Shown: positions 1 through 8,701 of the stretch, one piece after another | How the letters are laid out: each line of letters starts with the position of its first letter | Numbering within the stretch: the stretch's first letter is position 1 | Assembly: GCA_964436195.1 (NCBI GenBank) | Contig: CAYTCB010000001.1 | Coordinates: forward strand, 33,751 to 72,153 | Source of the DNA: an uncultured Elusimicrobiaceae bacterium | GTDB lineage: Bacteria; Elusimicrobiota; Endomicrobiia; Endomicrobiales; Endomicrobiaceae | Length of the DNA: 38,403 nucleotides | Direction of reading: 5' to 3' | Position numbers and translations under genes: made by a program | Notes under the pieces: generated by a model | The model's database searches: none | Told to the model about the DNA's origin: nothing | What the model saw: only the letters and a program-made list of their open reading frames with translations

Positions 1-108
1 GATAAAGAACAGGCGCTTGCGCTGCTTGAAAAAGCAGGCATTAACCATATGGAAAGACCTGATAAACTTGATTTGGACAAATATATAAAACTTGCAGATT
101 TAATATAA
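1..108 (+). CDS. 3' end of a CDS truncated by the window edge; the C-terminus resembles 16S rRNA dimethyladenosine transferase RsmA/KsgA
   Basis: Frame 1 is open from base 1 to TAA at 106-108: DKEQALALLEKAGINHMERPDKLDLDKYIKLADLI. The pattern L..aGI...R.e.L....y..LA matches typical RsmA C-termini. Only 35 aa are visible. Confidence 0.4.
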   Translation, partial: DKEQALALLEKAGINHMERPDKLDLDKYIKLADLI

Positions 109-272
109 GATATTAATTGTTTTATCCGTTTTGCGAGCCTTATGTTTTTTGATGTGTCTTTTCCGTCGCCCAGCTTCTAAACAGACCGGCTCCCGGGCTT
201 CTGTTTTCGTTTGATTTACTTTTTAAAAACTGGTAATATTAAACAAATTATATTTACGGAGAATTTGTATAA

Positions 273-974
273 ATGAAAAAGATAATAATTGGGCTTTTTT
301 TGTTTTTTGCCGCACAGACAGGTTACTGCGCTTATGCCCCGGTTGAACTTATAGATACCCCCACCCGTTCGATACTTGATTACGGCGGATATGAAATGCA
401 GTATAGAATGTTCTCGGGCGGCGGAGTTCTTACAAAATTGAATTTCGGTATATTTAAATCGCTCAACCTCGGAGTAGGCTGGGAAATAAGCAATATTATA
501 GGAACGGGAGACGTTGTTGTTGCTCCTCCGACTCTTCAGATTAAGTTCAGCGTATATGACGGAGACGTAAAATGGCCCGGTTTTGCTATAGGATATGACG
601 GGCAGGGTTATTTTTATGATGAATCTCAGGCTGAATTCCGCCAGAAAGGAAAAGGCGTTTACGTAGTAGTCGGCAAAGAATTGTTTCTGCCTACTTTAAA
701 TTTTAACGCAGGTCTTAACATAAATGACTTTAAAGAAGCAAGAGTAATAGGTTTTGCAAACTCTTCAATAGTAGTTATAGAAGACGCGCTGTTGTTTATG
801 CTTGAATGCGACAATATAGGAAAAGGCGATGATGTAAGGCTTAACAGCGGTTTGAAATTGTGGGTTACAAGATCGTTTACAATAGATTTTGCGGTCAGAA
901 ATCTTACAACTTCCGATGAAGCAAAATTCGGATGCGAAAGACTTTTCAGAATAAATTACCAGAGTAAATTTTAA
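273..974 (+). CDS. Hypothetical secreted / outer-membrane beta-barrel-like protein
   Basis: 233-aa ORF with an N-terminal signal peptide (MKKIIIGLFLFFAAQTGYCAYA). It has alternating beta-strand-like sequence and ends in an aromatic residue (..INYQSKF), as many OMPs do. A TTGATT-N17-TAATAT promoter-like site lies upstream. No family recognised. Confidence 0.6.
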   Translation: MKKIIIGLFLFFAAQTGYCAYAPVELIDTPTRSILDYGGYEMQYRMFSGGGVLTKLNFGIFKSLNLGVGWEISNIIGTGDVVVAPPTLQIKFSVYDGDVKWPGFAIGYDGQGYFYDESQAEFRQKGKGVYVVVGKELFLPTLNFNAGLNINDFKEARVIGFANSSIVVIEDALLFMLECDNIGKGDDVRLNSGLKLWVTRSFTIDFAVRNLTTSDEAKFGCERLFRINYQSKF

Positions 975-987
975 TTAAGGATATACA

Positions 988-2010
988 ATGACAGAATTCG
1001 TTTTGGATTTTGAACAGCCGGTTGTAGAACTTGAGAAGAAAATTTTAAGTTTAAAAGTGTCCGGTGAACACAGCAAAATTGATTTTTCAAGCGAAATCGC
1101 CGACCTTGAAGCTAAAAAAGAAAAATTAAAAAAAGAAATATACGGATCGCTGACTTCATGGCAGAGAGTTCTTCTTGCCAGACATCCGAACAGGCCGTAT
1201 ACATACGATTATCTGAAAATAATATGCGAGAATTTTGTCGAGCTGCACGGAGACAGGGCATACGGAGACGATTTGGCTTTAGTCTGCGGTCTTGCGACTA
1301 TAGATAATGTCCCCGTTGTTGTAATAGGACACCAGAAAGGAAGAACCGTTCAGGAAAATATGGACAGAAATTTTGCCATGGCTCATCCTGAAGGCTACAG
1401 AAAGGCTATGAGAATAATGAAAATGGCCGAAAAATTTAACAGACCGATCATAACATTTATAGATACGTCCGGAGCTTATCCGGGAATTGCCGCAGAAGAA
1501 AGAGGGCAGGCCGAAGCGATAGCAAGAAATTTAAGGGATATGGCTCTTTTAAAAGTGCCAGTCATAAGCATAGTTATAGGCGAGGGCGGTTCGGGCGGAG
1601 CTCTCGGCATAGGCGTTGCCAATAAAGTTTTGATGCTTGAAAACTCGTACTACTCCGTAATTTCTCCGGAAGGCTGCGCAGCAATTTTATTCAGAGACGC
1701 GACAAAAGCAAAAGAAGCTGCCGAAGCTTTGAAAATCACGGCAAAAGATCTTCTTAAAAGCAAAGTTATAGACGAAATAATAAAAGAACCCGTAGGCGGA
1801 GCTCATATGGATGCCGTCGAAACGGCAATGAATATAAAAAGAGCGGTAAATAAATATATCGCGCATTATTCAAAAATGTCCCATGAAAATATAGCCCGCG
1901 ACAGATATGAAAAATTCAGAGCGATGGGCGTGTTTGAAGAAGAAACCTTATCAAAGATAAAGAAGACGGAAAAAATAAAAAAAAATAACGTAAAAACCGG
2001 GAGGAAGTAA
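988..2010 (+). CDS. accA: Acetyl-CoA carboxylase carboxyltransferase subunit alpha
   Basis: Motifs [35 protein letters not shown] and [10 protein letters not shown]. The N-terminus [14 protein letters not shown] and the length are typical of AccA. RBS aagga lies upstream. Confidence 0.93.
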   Translation: MTEFVLDFEQPVVELEKKILSLKVSGEHSKIDFSSEIADLEAKKEKLKKEIYGSLTSWQRVLLARHPNRPYTYDYLKIICENFVELHGDRAYGDDLALVCGLATIDNVPVVVIGHQKGRTVQENMDRNFAMAHPEGYRKAMRIMKMAEKFNRPIITFIDTSGAYPGIAAEERGQAEAIARNLRDMALLKVPVISIVIGEGGSGGALGIGVANKVLMLENSYYSVISPEGCAAILFRDATKAKEAAEALKITAKDLLKSKVIDEIIKEPVGGAHMDAVETAMNIKRAVNKYIAHYSKMSHENIARDRYEKFRAMGVFEEETLSKIKKTEKIKKNNVKTGRK

Positions 2011-2011
2011 A

Positions 2012-3001
2012 ATGCCATTAGTACCTATGAAGCAGATTTTGGAAGAAGCAAGAAAGAAAAGTTACGGAGTCGGAGCTTACAACGTAAACAATATGGAACA
2101 GGTTCAGGCAATTATGGCTGCGGCGAAAGAAACCCAGTCTCCTGTAATTATTCAGGCCAGCAGAGGCGCATTGAAGTATTCAAATTTTACTTATTTGAAA
2201 CACATAATGTTTGCCGCCGTAGAAGAAAATCCTGAAATTCCTATAGCCGTTCATTTGGATCACGGAAATTCATTGGCGACAGTAAAGGAAGCAATTGCAA
2301 TCGGATTTTCGTCTGTCATGATAGACGGATCTCTTAAAGAAGACGGAAAAACCCCTTCTGATTACGCATACAACGTAGCCGTAACAAAATCGGTTGTCGA
2401 ATATGCCCATCAGTTCGGAGTAACCGTTGAAGCAGAAATCGGAAGACTCGGCGGAATTGAAGACGGAGTAGGTTCCGGATCGATTCATTTGACGGATCCT
2501 AAAGAAGCAAAAAAATTCGTCGAAGAAACCGGCGTTGACGCTTTGGCTATCGCAATCGGAACTTCCCACGGAGCATATAAATTCAAAGGTTCAAAAGAAC
2601 TTGCTTTTGACGTATTGAAAGAAGTAAGATCCCTCATAGATATTCCTATAGTTCTTCACGGAGCGTCGTCTGTTCCGCAGGAACTTATAGATGCGGTCAA
2701 CAAATACGGCGGGAAAATGCCGGGAGCTACAGGCGTTCCTATGGAAAGTCTTCAGAAGGCAATAGAACTCGGCGTAACAAAAATCAACGTCGATACAGAC
2801 GGAAGACTTGCTATTACGGCGGCAATAAGAAAAGTATTTGCGGAAACTCCGGAAAAATTTGACCCGAGAGATTACTTGGCCCCTGCAAGAGAAGCTTTGA
2901 AAGGCGTTATCGCAGGCAAGATGAAAGCTTTCGGAACAGCAGGACACTGCGGAGAATATAAAGGTGTTTCTCTTGAAGAAATGAAGAAGTTTTATAAGTA
3001 G
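2012..3001 (+). CDS. fba: Class II fructose-1,6-bisphosphate aldolase
   Basis: Motifs PVIIQASRGA, HLDHGNS, GTSHGAYKF, VLHGASSVP and NVDTD. Strong RBS GGGAGGAAG. Starts 1 nt after the accA stop. Confidence 0.93.
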   Translation: MPLVPMKQILEEARKKSYGVGAYNVNNMEQVQAIMAAAKETQSPVIIQASRGALKYSNFTYLKHIMFAAVEENPEIPIAVHLDHGNSLATVKEAIAIGFSSVMIDGSLKEDGKTPSDYAYNVAVTKSVVEYAHQFGVTVEAEIGRLGGIEDGVGSGSIHLTDPKEAKKFVEETGVDALAIAIGTSHGAYKFKGSKELAFDVLKEVRSLIDIPIVLHGASSVPQELIDAVNKYGGKMPGATGVPMESLQKAIELGVTKINVDTDGRLAITAAIRKVFAETPEKFDPRDYLAPAREALKGVIAGKMKAFGTAGHCGEYKGVSLEEMKKFYK

Positions 3002-3008
3002 AATCTTG

Positions 3009-3037
3009 TTGACATAAAAGGATTAGTCTAGTATAAT
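3009..3037 (+). promoter_or_regulatory. Perfect consensus sigma70 promoter for the small membrane protein gene
   Basis: TTGACA (3009-3014), 17-nt spacer, TATAAT (3032-3037). Followed by RBS AAGGGAGGA and ATG at 3088. Confidence 0.75.
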
Positions 3038-3087
3038 TACTCGTGTGCAGCAATAATAGTGTTGGTAAAATATAAAGGGAGGATAGC

Positions 3088-3375
3088 ATGGCAAAGTATG
3101 AAATAAAAGGCGTTCTCGTAGGTTCTTTGGTGAAAAATTTCCCGGTAGTATTTGCATTGTTGGGCGCGTTGATCGGTATTTTTACGTTCTTCATATTCCC
3201 CACGGAATTGGCAGCTAATCTTGGTTTCGGAGCAAAGTTGTTGTCATGGCTCATTTTCATTGTTTTGTATACATTGATAATGTCGGTAGGTATCATTGCA
3301 GTTGCTTGGATTTACAATATCATCGTCGGCAAGATTGGAAAAGGCGCAGTTTTGGAATTGGAACAGGCCGAATAA
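3088..3375 (+). CDS. Small hydrophobic membrane protein, function unknown (monocistronic)
   Basis: 95-aa ORF with two long hydrophobic segments (FPVVFALLGALIGIFTFFIF and LLSWLIFIVLYTLIMSVGIIAVAWIY). Strong RBS, own consensus promoter and own terminator. Confidence 0.7.
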   Translation: MAKYEIKGVLVGSLVKNFPVVFALLGALIGIFTFFIFPTELAANLGFGAKLLSWLIFIVLYTLIMSVGIIAVAWIYNIIVGKIGKGAVLELEQAE

Positions 3376-3390
3376 TTTATAAACAAAAAA

Positions 3391-3430
3391 CCGGTCTGCC
3401 GTTTATCGGCAGGCCGGCTTTACTTTTCTT
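3391..3430 (+). terminator. Rho-independent terminator (A-tract / hairpin / T-tract, potentially bidirectional)
   Basis: ccggtctgccg (3391-3401) pairs with cggcaggccgg (3407-3417): 11 bp including one G-U, loop tttat. A T-rich tail (ctttacttttcttt) follows and aaaaaa precedes. Confidence 0.8.
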
Positions 3431-3445
3431 TAAAGGGTATTTTTG

Positions 3446-4879
3446 ATGAGCCTTAGATTTAAGTTTACCCTGTACATATCTCTTCTTTTGCTGCTTGTTA
3501 TTTTAGGCGTATCATATAACATCTACGTAGCGCAAAAAAACTTTCTTACGCATCAGTTTTCTGAAACAAGACAAAAAACAATCACTACTTTTGTGGCAAT
3601 GTGCAATGAAGCCCTAAGGCTTCAGGATGAAGTGCAGATTCAGAATGCAATCGAACTTTTGATTAAAACTTATAATCCGTCGGTTGTTTACGCCGGTTAC
3701 GTAAATGCAAACGACGTTACGATTTATCTCTCCAGAGACAATGATAAAAATATCGACACCGAATTTAAACCAAGAATCAAAAAAACAGGAATACCGTATT
3801 CGGAGAATTATTATTCTCTGACGGGCCAGAAAATATTTGAATCCTGCGAGCCTTTAAGAAACAACGGGCAGTACGGCGGAACTTTTGTAATAGGTTTTTC
3901 GCAGGAATATTTCGAAAAACAAATAGCTCTAGGTATTTCCCAGATGACCACAAGAATAAAAATAGTTTCGGTTGTGGCTGTATTTGTCGGAATACTTCTG
4001 GCAAATTTTCTCGGTTACACTTTTGCAAAACCTTTAAAAATTCTTACGCATGCTTCCGAGGAAATAACAAAAGGAAATCTTGATGTTGAAATAAAACTTA
4101 AAAGAAACGACGAAATAGGGGTTTTATTCAATACTTTCAACAATATGGCAAAACAGGTAAAAGAACTTGATTCGATGAAAGACAGTTTCGTTTCAAGCGT
4201 TTCCCATGAATTAAGATCGCCGCTTGCCGCTATAGACGGATACTGCGATCTTCTTATAGACGGAATAGGGCAGGGTCATCCTAAAGAACAGCAGTTAAAA
4301 GGGCTTCATATAATAAAGCAGGCTGCGACAAGGCTCACAAATTTTATCAATAACATTTTGGATCTTGCAAAAATAAAAGCAAATAAACTTGAGCTTAAAA
4401 AAACAGAAACGGATATCGTCGCAGTTATTTCTGAAATAGCCGCTTTGTACCAGCCTTTGGCAGTTCAGCAGAAAAAAACAATAGGGCTTGATATAGTTTT
4501 CAGAAATCCGATAATCATATACGCCGATTCCGAAAAGATAAAACAGGTTATTACAAATCTCGTCAGCAATGCCATGAAATTTACGAAAGAAAACGGCAAT
4601 ATAGTTCTCAAAGTCCTTGAAAATTCCGCGGGATACGGCGATAATTATATAGAAGTCTGGATAAAAGATGACGGCATAGGTATTCCGAAGCATCAGGTTG
4701 ATCTTGTTTTTGAAAAATTTTTCCAGGTTCAGGACGGGCAGTTCAAAAGACCGAAAGGCACCGGGCTCGGACTTACGATAGTTGCGGAAATGATAAAATT
4801 ACACAAAGGATACGTATGGGCCGAAAGCGATTTGGGATGCGGAACTACTTTCAAATTTGTTTTGCCTAAAAACCTATGA
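3446..4879 (+). CDS. Membrane sensor histidine kinase with HAMP domain
   Basis: N-terminal TM, second TM plus a HAMP-like segment (KPLKILTHASEEITKGNLDVEI..DEIGVLFNTFNNMAKQV). H-box VSHELRSPLAAIDGY, N-box NLVSNAMKFT, G-boxes DDGIGIP and GTGLGLTIV. The ORF track starts at TTG 3443; ATG at 3446 is preferred. Confidence 0.9.
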   Translation: MSLRFKFTLYISLLLLLVILGVSYNIYVAQKNFLTHQFSETRQKTITTFVAMCNEALRLQDEVQIQNAIELLIKTYNPSVVYAGYVNANDVTIYLSRDNDKNIDTEFKPRIKKTGIPYSENYYSLTGQKIFESCEPLRNNGQYGGTFVIGFSQEYFEKQIALGISQMTTRIKIVSVVAVFVGILLANFLGYTFAKPLKILTHASEEITKGNLDVEIKLKRNDEIGVLFNTFNNMAKQVKELDSMKDSFVSSVSHELRSPLAAIDGYCDLLIDGIGQGHPKEQQLKGLHIIKQAATRLTNFINNILDLAKIKANKLELKKTETDIVAVISEIAALYQPLAVQQKKTIGLDIVFRNPIIIYADSEKIKQVITNLVSNAMKFTKENGNIVLKVLENSAGYGDNYIEVWIKDDGIGIPKHQVDLVFEKFFQVQDGQFKRPKGTGLGLTIVAEMIKLHKGYVWAESDLGCGTTFKFVLPKNL

Positions 4880-5805
4880 CAAAAGTTCTTGTAGTAGACG
4901 ATGAACCTTTTTTAAAGGAAATGCTGTACGATATATTTTCGATGGCCGGCTATGACGTCATTACGGCTGAAAACGGCAAGGAAGGCCTTGATAAAATATA
5001 CGGAGAGAATCCCGATTTTGTAATTTTGGACTGTTCTATGCCGGTAATGGACGGCTTTGAAGTTTTGTCGATTATAAGAAAAGAAGCGCGATTTGTTAAT
5101 TTGCCTGTCATAATGCTTACGGCTCTTGCAGGCGACGCGGAGCAGATAAAAGGATTAAGTCTCGGTGTTGACGACTACATAACGAAACCTTTTAAATCTT
5201 CCGTTCTTCTGACTAAGGTAAAAAATATTTTGGAAAGGAAAAAGCAGAGTCTCGACGTTAATCCGCTGACTTCTCTGCCGGGCAATATTTCGATACAAAA
5301 ATACGTCGAATCAAAAATTAAAGACAAGGCCGATTTTTCAATATTGTATTTTGATCTTTCGAATTTTAAAAGTTTTAACGATAAATACGGTTTTTTTGCG
5401 GGAGATCTCGTAATTAAATTTACGGCAGGAGTTCTTGATAAGGCCGTTAGAGAAGTTCCGGGCAATAAATTCGTCGGACATATAGGCGGCGATGATTTTG
5501 TGGTTATATCCGAAATAGAATACGGGATAAAAATAGCCGAGACGGTAATAAGTCTTTTTGATTCCGGAATAAAAGCTTTTTACAACAAAGAAGACATAGA
5601 AAAAGGATATATCGTATCGCTTGACAGAAACGATAATATACAGAAATTTCCCATAATGGGAATTTCGATAAGCATAATAGCTACAAATATTGCCGACATT
5701 GTTGATTTTGCCGATGTGGCGCAGAGAGCTTCCGAACTGAAAAAAATAGCCAAAAAAAATAGCAAAAGTTCGTATGTTTTTGAACGCAGGAAGTACGGCA
5801 GATAA
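4876..5805 (+). CDS. Response regulator: receiver domain fused to a GGDEF-family domain with a non-canonical GGDDF motif
   Basis: REC motifs VLVVDDEP, ILDCSMPVMDG and DDYITKPF. GGDEF-family motifs NPLTSLPGN, FDLSNFKSFNDKYGFFAGD and HIGGDDFVVI. Start overlaps the kinase stop (ATGA). Confidence 0.88.
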   Translation: MTKVLVVDDEPFLKEMLYDIFSMAGYDVITAENGKEGLDKIYGENPDFVILDCSMPVMDGFEVLSIIRKEARFVNLPVIMLTALAGDAEQIKGLSLGVDDYITKPFKSSVLLTKVKNILERKKQSLDVNPLTSLPGNISIQKYVESKIKDKADFSILYFDLSNFKSFNDKYGFFAGDLVIKFTAGVLDKAVREVPGNKFVGHIGGDDFVVISEIEYGIKIAETVISLFDSGIKAFYNKEDIEKGYIVSLDRNDNIQKFPIMGISISIIATNIADIVDFADVAQRASELKKIAKKNSKSSYVFERRKYGR

Positions 5806-5829
5806 ATTCTATTACCGCGGGGTTTTGAA

Positions 5830-6528
5830 ATGATAGAAAACAACAAAATAGTAATAGTTGACGATGAAGAGGAAATCAGAGAACTGGTCGCCGACGTTCT
5901 TGAGGCCGATAATTTTAAAGTCATAAAATGCGCCGATACGGATGAAGGCTACAAAAGAATTTTAAAATCTAAACCGGATCTCGCCATCCTTGACGTCAAA
6001 ATGCCGCAGATAGGCGGAATAGAACTGTGCAGACTTTTAAGATCCGACCCTGCAACAAAAAATATGCCGGTTATTATGCTTACGGTTGAATCTACAGAAA
6101 CTGACAAAGTGATAGGGCTCGGAGTTGGAGCCGACGATTACATAACAAAACCTTTCAGCAATAAAGAACTTATAGCAAGAATAAGGGCCCTTTTGAGGCG
6201 TGTTTCCAGAAAAGAAGAGTCAAGCGATATCAAAATAGACGGGCTTGTGATGAATCTTGACGCAAGAACGGTAATTCTTAATTCAAAAGAAATCAAATTA
6301 AGACCTAAGGAATTTGATCTTCTTCATATGTTTCTTATTAAGCAGAATATAGTTCTTTCAAGAGATTTTATTCTTGAAAATGTTTTTGAATATAACGTGG
6401 CGGTTACAACGAGAACTATCGATACCCATATAAAAAACTTAAGACAGGCTCTCGGAGAATGGGGCGATAAAATAGTTACCATTTTCGGGCGCGGTTTTAA
6501 ATTTGTGCCGGGTACGAGAAAAAAATAA
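5830..6528 (+). CDS. OmpR/PhoB-family DNA-binding response regulator
   Basis: REC (IVIVDDEEEIRELV, LDVKMPQIGG, ADDYITKPF) plus a winged-helix output domain (LRPKEFDLLHMFL, TRTIDTHIKNLRQAL, GRGFKF). Confidence 0.92.
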   Translation: MIENNKIVIVDDEEEIRELVADVLEADNFKVIKCADTDEGYKRILKSKPDLAILDVKMPQIGGIELCRLLRSDPATKNMPVIMLTVESTETDKVIGLGVGADDYITKPFSNKELIARIRALLRRVSRKEESSDIKIDGLVMNLDARTVILNSKEIKLRPKEFDLLHMFLIKQNIVLSRDFILENVFEYNVAVTTRTIDTHIKNLRQALGEWGDKIVTIFGRGFKFVPGTRKK

Positions 6529-6560
6529 AAAATTTGATATAATTTTTAAAAAGGGTACTT

Positions 6561-8696
6561 ATGAAAATAAAAAAAATAGCGGCAGCAGTCATTACGGCAA
6601 GCCTTGTTTTTGCCCATTCGGATCTTAAAGCAAGCGCTCTCATATACGCTCTAAATCCAGATCCTGTTTCTGCAGCGATGGCTGATGCCGGAGTAGCTCT
6701 TGTTTCAACTGTTATGCCTTCGGCTGTAATCAATCCTGCTTCCACTGTCGGTATTTACAGGACAGTCGCCTCCGTGGGCGGTTCAAACGTTACGGGCGAT
6801 ATACAGTATACGTTCGGTTCCGTAGGATTTGCAACAAATATAGGTATTTTCGGAGCATCTCTTATGTTTGTCGACTACAACACCGGTGAATATTATGATA
6901 ATGCCGGAAATACGATAGCTTTCGGCAAAACAACGGACATGGGCGCAGTTTTGACTTATGCTCTTCCGATAAAAGAATATCTGCCTGTTTTTATAGATTA
7001 CGGAGGAGTGGGTATCAATTTTAAACTTCTCAGAAGTTCGCTTGCAGATTATGTTTCGGAAACTTCGTCGGTTGATGTTGGTGCAGTTTTTGCCGTTCCG
7101 AAAATCAGAAATATGAGTCTCGGTTTTGCGTTTAAAAATTTAGGGACATCGGAAAAATTTGTAAAAACATCTTCAGAACTTCCGCAGATGATGACGGCCG
7201 GTCTCGGATATGCCAACAAAGATTTATACAACTTAAAACTTGCGGTTGATTTTACCGACCAAAAAAATTACCAAGATTTTACTTCGTTGGGTTTTTCAAT
7301 CAGCCCGGTTTATTTTATGACTTTAAGAGCCGGCGTAAAGTTGGGCGGCGAATCCATTTTGAATAATACGAGAATGGGCGTCGGACTCCAGTTTGAAACG
7401 GTAAGCATTGACTATGCTTTTATCCCGTCTCAGGATTTGAATGCCACCCACAGTTTTAATTTGAGTTTTGCTTTCGGTTCTTTTGCAAACCAGAGAGCGG
7501 CCTATGAATATTATCTGGAAGATAATTTCAGAAAGGCGCGCGCCAGTTTTTATGCCAAGGATTTTGTAAAATCAAGACAGCAGTTTGACGATATCCTTTC
7601 CGTTTATCCCGATCACAGGCCGTCGCAGGAATATTTGAAAAAGACAATTGAAGAACTTGAAAAAATAGATGATTACAATTTTGCAAAAATCAGCAAATAT
7701 ATGAAAAAAGCCGATAAGGCCAGAGCAAAAAACAATGTCGTAAAAGCGGACAGATATTACAGAAAAGTTTTGGATTTGGATCCTGAAAACAAAGTCGCAA
7801 AATCGGCTATAGAAGATATAGCTTCTGCGACTTCCGACGTGAAAGCGCTTCAGGAAAGAGACACAAACAGCGACAGAATAACTTATTTGTGGGAAAGATA
7901 CGAAAAATTTTATAAGAAGGGAGATCTTGTAAGGGCAAAAGATTCTCTGAAATATCTTTTGGATATAGATCCTTCAAACGATCTTGCAAAAGAAAAAATG
8001 GTTGATGTTGACAACCAGCTTTCAAAAATCGCATCCGACAAAGCTAACGAAATTTACGAACAGGCGATGAAATATTACAATAAAGGCGAATATGAAGAAG
8101 CGATAAAATATTTTGAAGCCGTCGTAGTTGCCGCTCCGCACAGGCTTGACGTAAGAACTTTAATAGAAAAATCGGAAAAAAATATTCAGGATATAGCCGA
8201 ATACAAAAGGCTGACGGCCCTTGAAAAAGAACAAAATAAAGTAAGATCTCAGCTTGTCGGTTACTTTGAAAGCGGCCTTAAGAATTACGAAAAGGGGAAA
8301 TATGAATCCGCCGTTGAATATTTCAAAAAAGCCAGAGATATAGCCGAAAAATACGAATTCAGCGAATATTATAAAAATGCAAACAATTACATATCGAAGA
8401 TGAGTTACAGTTTGTCGGAGCAGTACTATAAGAAAGGGTTTAACGCTTTCAGAGAAAACGATTTTGAGCTGGCAGCCCAGTCATATAAGAAATCTTTGGA
8501 ATATAATCCGGGCAACACTTCGGCTTCGTTTGAACTTGACAGAGTCGCAGACAGCGTAGCGCAGAAATATTATGAAGAAGGAATGAACGCGTACAGCAGC
8601 AACGAAATGGATAAAGCAAGAGAATATTTAAGAAAAGCTTTATATTATAAACCGGACAAATCCGAAGCAAAAAGAGCTTTGGACAGAATCAGATAA
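6561..8696 (+). CDS. Fusion protein: N-terminal PorV/FadL-like outer-membrane beta-barrel (about aa 1-305) plus C-terminal TPR-repeat domain (about aa 310-711)
   Basis: Signal peptide MKIKKIAAAVITASLVFAHSDLKA. The N-terminal part is paralogous to the stand-alone barrel at 34281-35231: AAMADAGVAL..INPAS versus AAMGNASVS..WNPANLA, with barrel ends THSFNLSFAFG versus THRFSFSVKF. The C-terminal half has repeated TPR-like units (YNKGEYEEAIKYFEAVV, YEKGKYESAVEYFKKAR, YKKSLEYNPGN, LRKALYYKPDKSEA). A possible extended -10 site (TGATATAAT, 6535-6543) lies upstream. Confidence 0.75.
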   Translation: MKIKKIAAAVITASLVFAHSDLKASALIYALNPDPVSAAMADAGVALVSTVMPSAVINPASTVGIYRTVASVGGSNVTGDIQYTFGSVGFATNIGIFGASLMFVDYNTGEYYDNAGNTIAFGKTTDMGAVLTYALPIKEYLPVFIDYGGVGINFKLLRSSLADYVSETSSVDVGAVFAVPKIRNMSLGFAFKNLGTSEKFVKTSSELPQMMTAGLGYANKDLYNLKLAVDFTDQKNYQDFTSLGFSISPVYFMTLRAGVKLGGESILNNTRMGVGLQFETVSIDYAFIPSQDLNATHSFNLSFAFGSFANQRAAYEYYLEDNFRKARASFYAKDFVKSRQQFDDILSVYPDHRPSQEYLKKTIEELEKIDDYNFAKISKYMKKADKARAKNNVVKADRYYRKVLDLDPENKVAKSAIEDIASATSDVKALQERDTNSDRITYLWERYEKFYKKGDLVRAKDSLKYLLDIDPSNDLAKEKMVDVDNQLSKIASDKANEIYEQAMKYYNKGEYEEAIKYFEAVVVAAPHRLDVRTLIEKSEKNIQDIAEYKRLTALEKEQNKVRSQLVGYFESGLKNYEKGKYESAVEYFKKARDIAEKYEFSEYYKNANNYISKMSYSLSEQYYKKGFNAFRENDFELAAQSYKKSLEYNPGNTSASFELDRVADSVAQKYYEEGMNAYSSNEMDKAREYLRKALYYKPDKSEAKRALDRIR

Positions 8697-8701
8697 AATA
8701 T

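Noticed and set aside
169-182. 14-nt exact repeat cccagcttctaaac, also at 32474-32487
   Set aside because: Several exact 14-mers are expected by chance among about 1.5e9 position pairs in 38 kb of biased composition. The second copy is simply the C-terminal codons and stop of a flavoprotein gene, and no flanking similarity exists.
2270-3296. Three minus-strand ORFs in the track (2270-2569, 2591-2947, 2907-3296) antisense to the aldolase gene
   Set aside because: They lie entirely opposite a confidently identified, motif-rich CDS. They have Cys/Arg/Ser/Phe-rich, low-complexity translations typical of shadow frames in AT-rich DNA, and no RBS or promoter. The same reasoning applies to the other antisense or alternate-frame track ORFs inside accepted genes, for example 3777-4028, 4295-4693, 5175-5924, 9317-10362, 12186-12565, 12957-13485, 16539-16895, 18184-20120, 20378-22345, 25275-26994, 32495-33733 and 36137-37130.
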